A stretch of DNA of 64,000 nucleotides from Eubacteriales bacterium (GTDB taxonomy: Bacteria; Bacillota; Clostridia; Oscillospirales; CAG-272): contig JAZQKG010000013.1 in assembly GCA_045542035.1 (NCBI GenBank), forward strand, positions 12,102-76,101. The letters run 5' to 3'. Each line of letters begins with the position of its first letter. Position 1 is the first letter of the stretch. The notes below the pieces were generated by a model, which saw only the letters and a program-made list of their open reading frames with translations, was not told the DNA's origin and searched no databases. A program made the position numbers and the translations under genes. Below are positions 63,728-64,000 of this stretch, piece by piece.

Positions 63728-64000
63728 AATACTTTATGCGGCGGGAACGATGGATCATATAAAAAGCTTTCATCTTCCTTATCTTGAGGCTCTTAGAGCA
63801 GACGGACACGAGGTGTTCGTTATGGCAAAGGGCAGGGATGCGGATTTTGATATAGGTTTTGTCAAAAAGATGCTGTCGGCAAAAAATACCGAATGCAGAA
63901 GGAAAATAAAAAAAATACTTAAACGCGAAAAGTTTGACGTAATTATATTAAATACGACTCTCGCCGCGTTTCATATAAGGCTTTGCCTTTCTAAAAAAAG
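63720..64000 (+). CDS. glycosyltransferase (GT-B, family 4-like), 3' end cut by window edge
   Basis: ATG 63720 overlaps the upstream gene end. The frame is open to the window edge (MSKILYAAGTMDHIKSFHLPYLEALRADGHEVFVMAKG), which is typical of the N-terminus of EPS glycosyltransferases. Confidence 0.6.
   Translation, partial: MSKILYAAGTMDHIKSFHLPYLEALRADGHEVFVMAKGRDADFDIGFVKKMLSAKNTECRRKIKKILKREKFDVIILNTTLAAFHIRLCLSKK

Noticed and set aside
1-64000. Search for CRISPR arrays, tRNA/rRNA genes, IS elements, integrases and long direct or inverted repeats
   Set aside because: I found none by eye. No regularly spaced repeats, no cloverleaf-like intergenic segments and no transposase- or recombinase-like ORFs were seen. 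A computational scan (tRNAscan, repeat finders) would be needed to exclude short or degenerate elements.

Overview
The window looks like chromosome from an anaerobic Firmicute. The Clostridia-like content includes an HMGL-family citrate synthase operon, PerR-rubrerythrin, an L-box lysine operon and secG-rnr. Nearly all genes are on the + strand.

Layout, left to right:
- nadE (5' partial), pth, mfd and a membrane-anchored protein (1..7114).
- A ~1 kb AT-rich insert (about 7130..8100) with an orphan promoter-terminator unit, an XRE repressor, three GGAATTCC-core palindromes and a divergent gene broken by an in-frame stop.
- copA (8163..10640).
- Citrate-synthase-like gene, gntR, aconitase and isocitrate dehydrogenase (10867..16087).
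- Lysine riboswitch followed by dapA-dapB-ddh-lysA (16154..20566).
- A visibly AT-richer ~19 kb Wzx/Wzy-type polysaccharide island (about 20570..39540) of 19 tightly coupled co-directional genes.
- Two tandem, distantly paralogous membrane-anchored proteins of unknown function (39718..41469).
- perR-rbr, a GNAT, secG-rnr, a CPBP protease, tadA, rimM-trmD, an O-antigen-ligase-like membrane protein, HPr, uvrC, rsmD-coaD, pheST, a CvpA-like protein, a Nudix hydrolase, hpf and an atypical RNase III.
- The start of a second polysaccharide locus (62240..64000).

Island content: an aldolase / PLP-decarboxylase / class-IV aminotransferase trio around a small phosphoglycosyltransferase, four glycosyltransferases, Wzy, a MurJ-like flippase, four acyltransferase-type genes, a full GDP-D-glycero-alpha-D-manno-heptose set (gmhA, hddA, fused hddC-gmhB) and ugd.

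I recognised no rRNA, tRNA, CRISPR array, transposase or integrase.

Most notable observations:
1. A G9 homopolymer truncates the hexapeptide O-acetyltransferase. Removing one G restores a canonical C-terminus.
2. The aldolase/decarboxylase/aminotransferase module may make a non-sugar amine substituent.
3. The tandem membrane-anchored paralog pair has no recognisable family.
4. The XRE gene sits next to a triple-operator switch and a stop-interrupted target gene.
5. An intrinsic terminator lies in the leader of the island operon.
6. The RNase III paralog carries two dsRBDs and a lysine-rich tail.

All product calls were made by eye from motifs, length and synteny. No database search or computation was possible.
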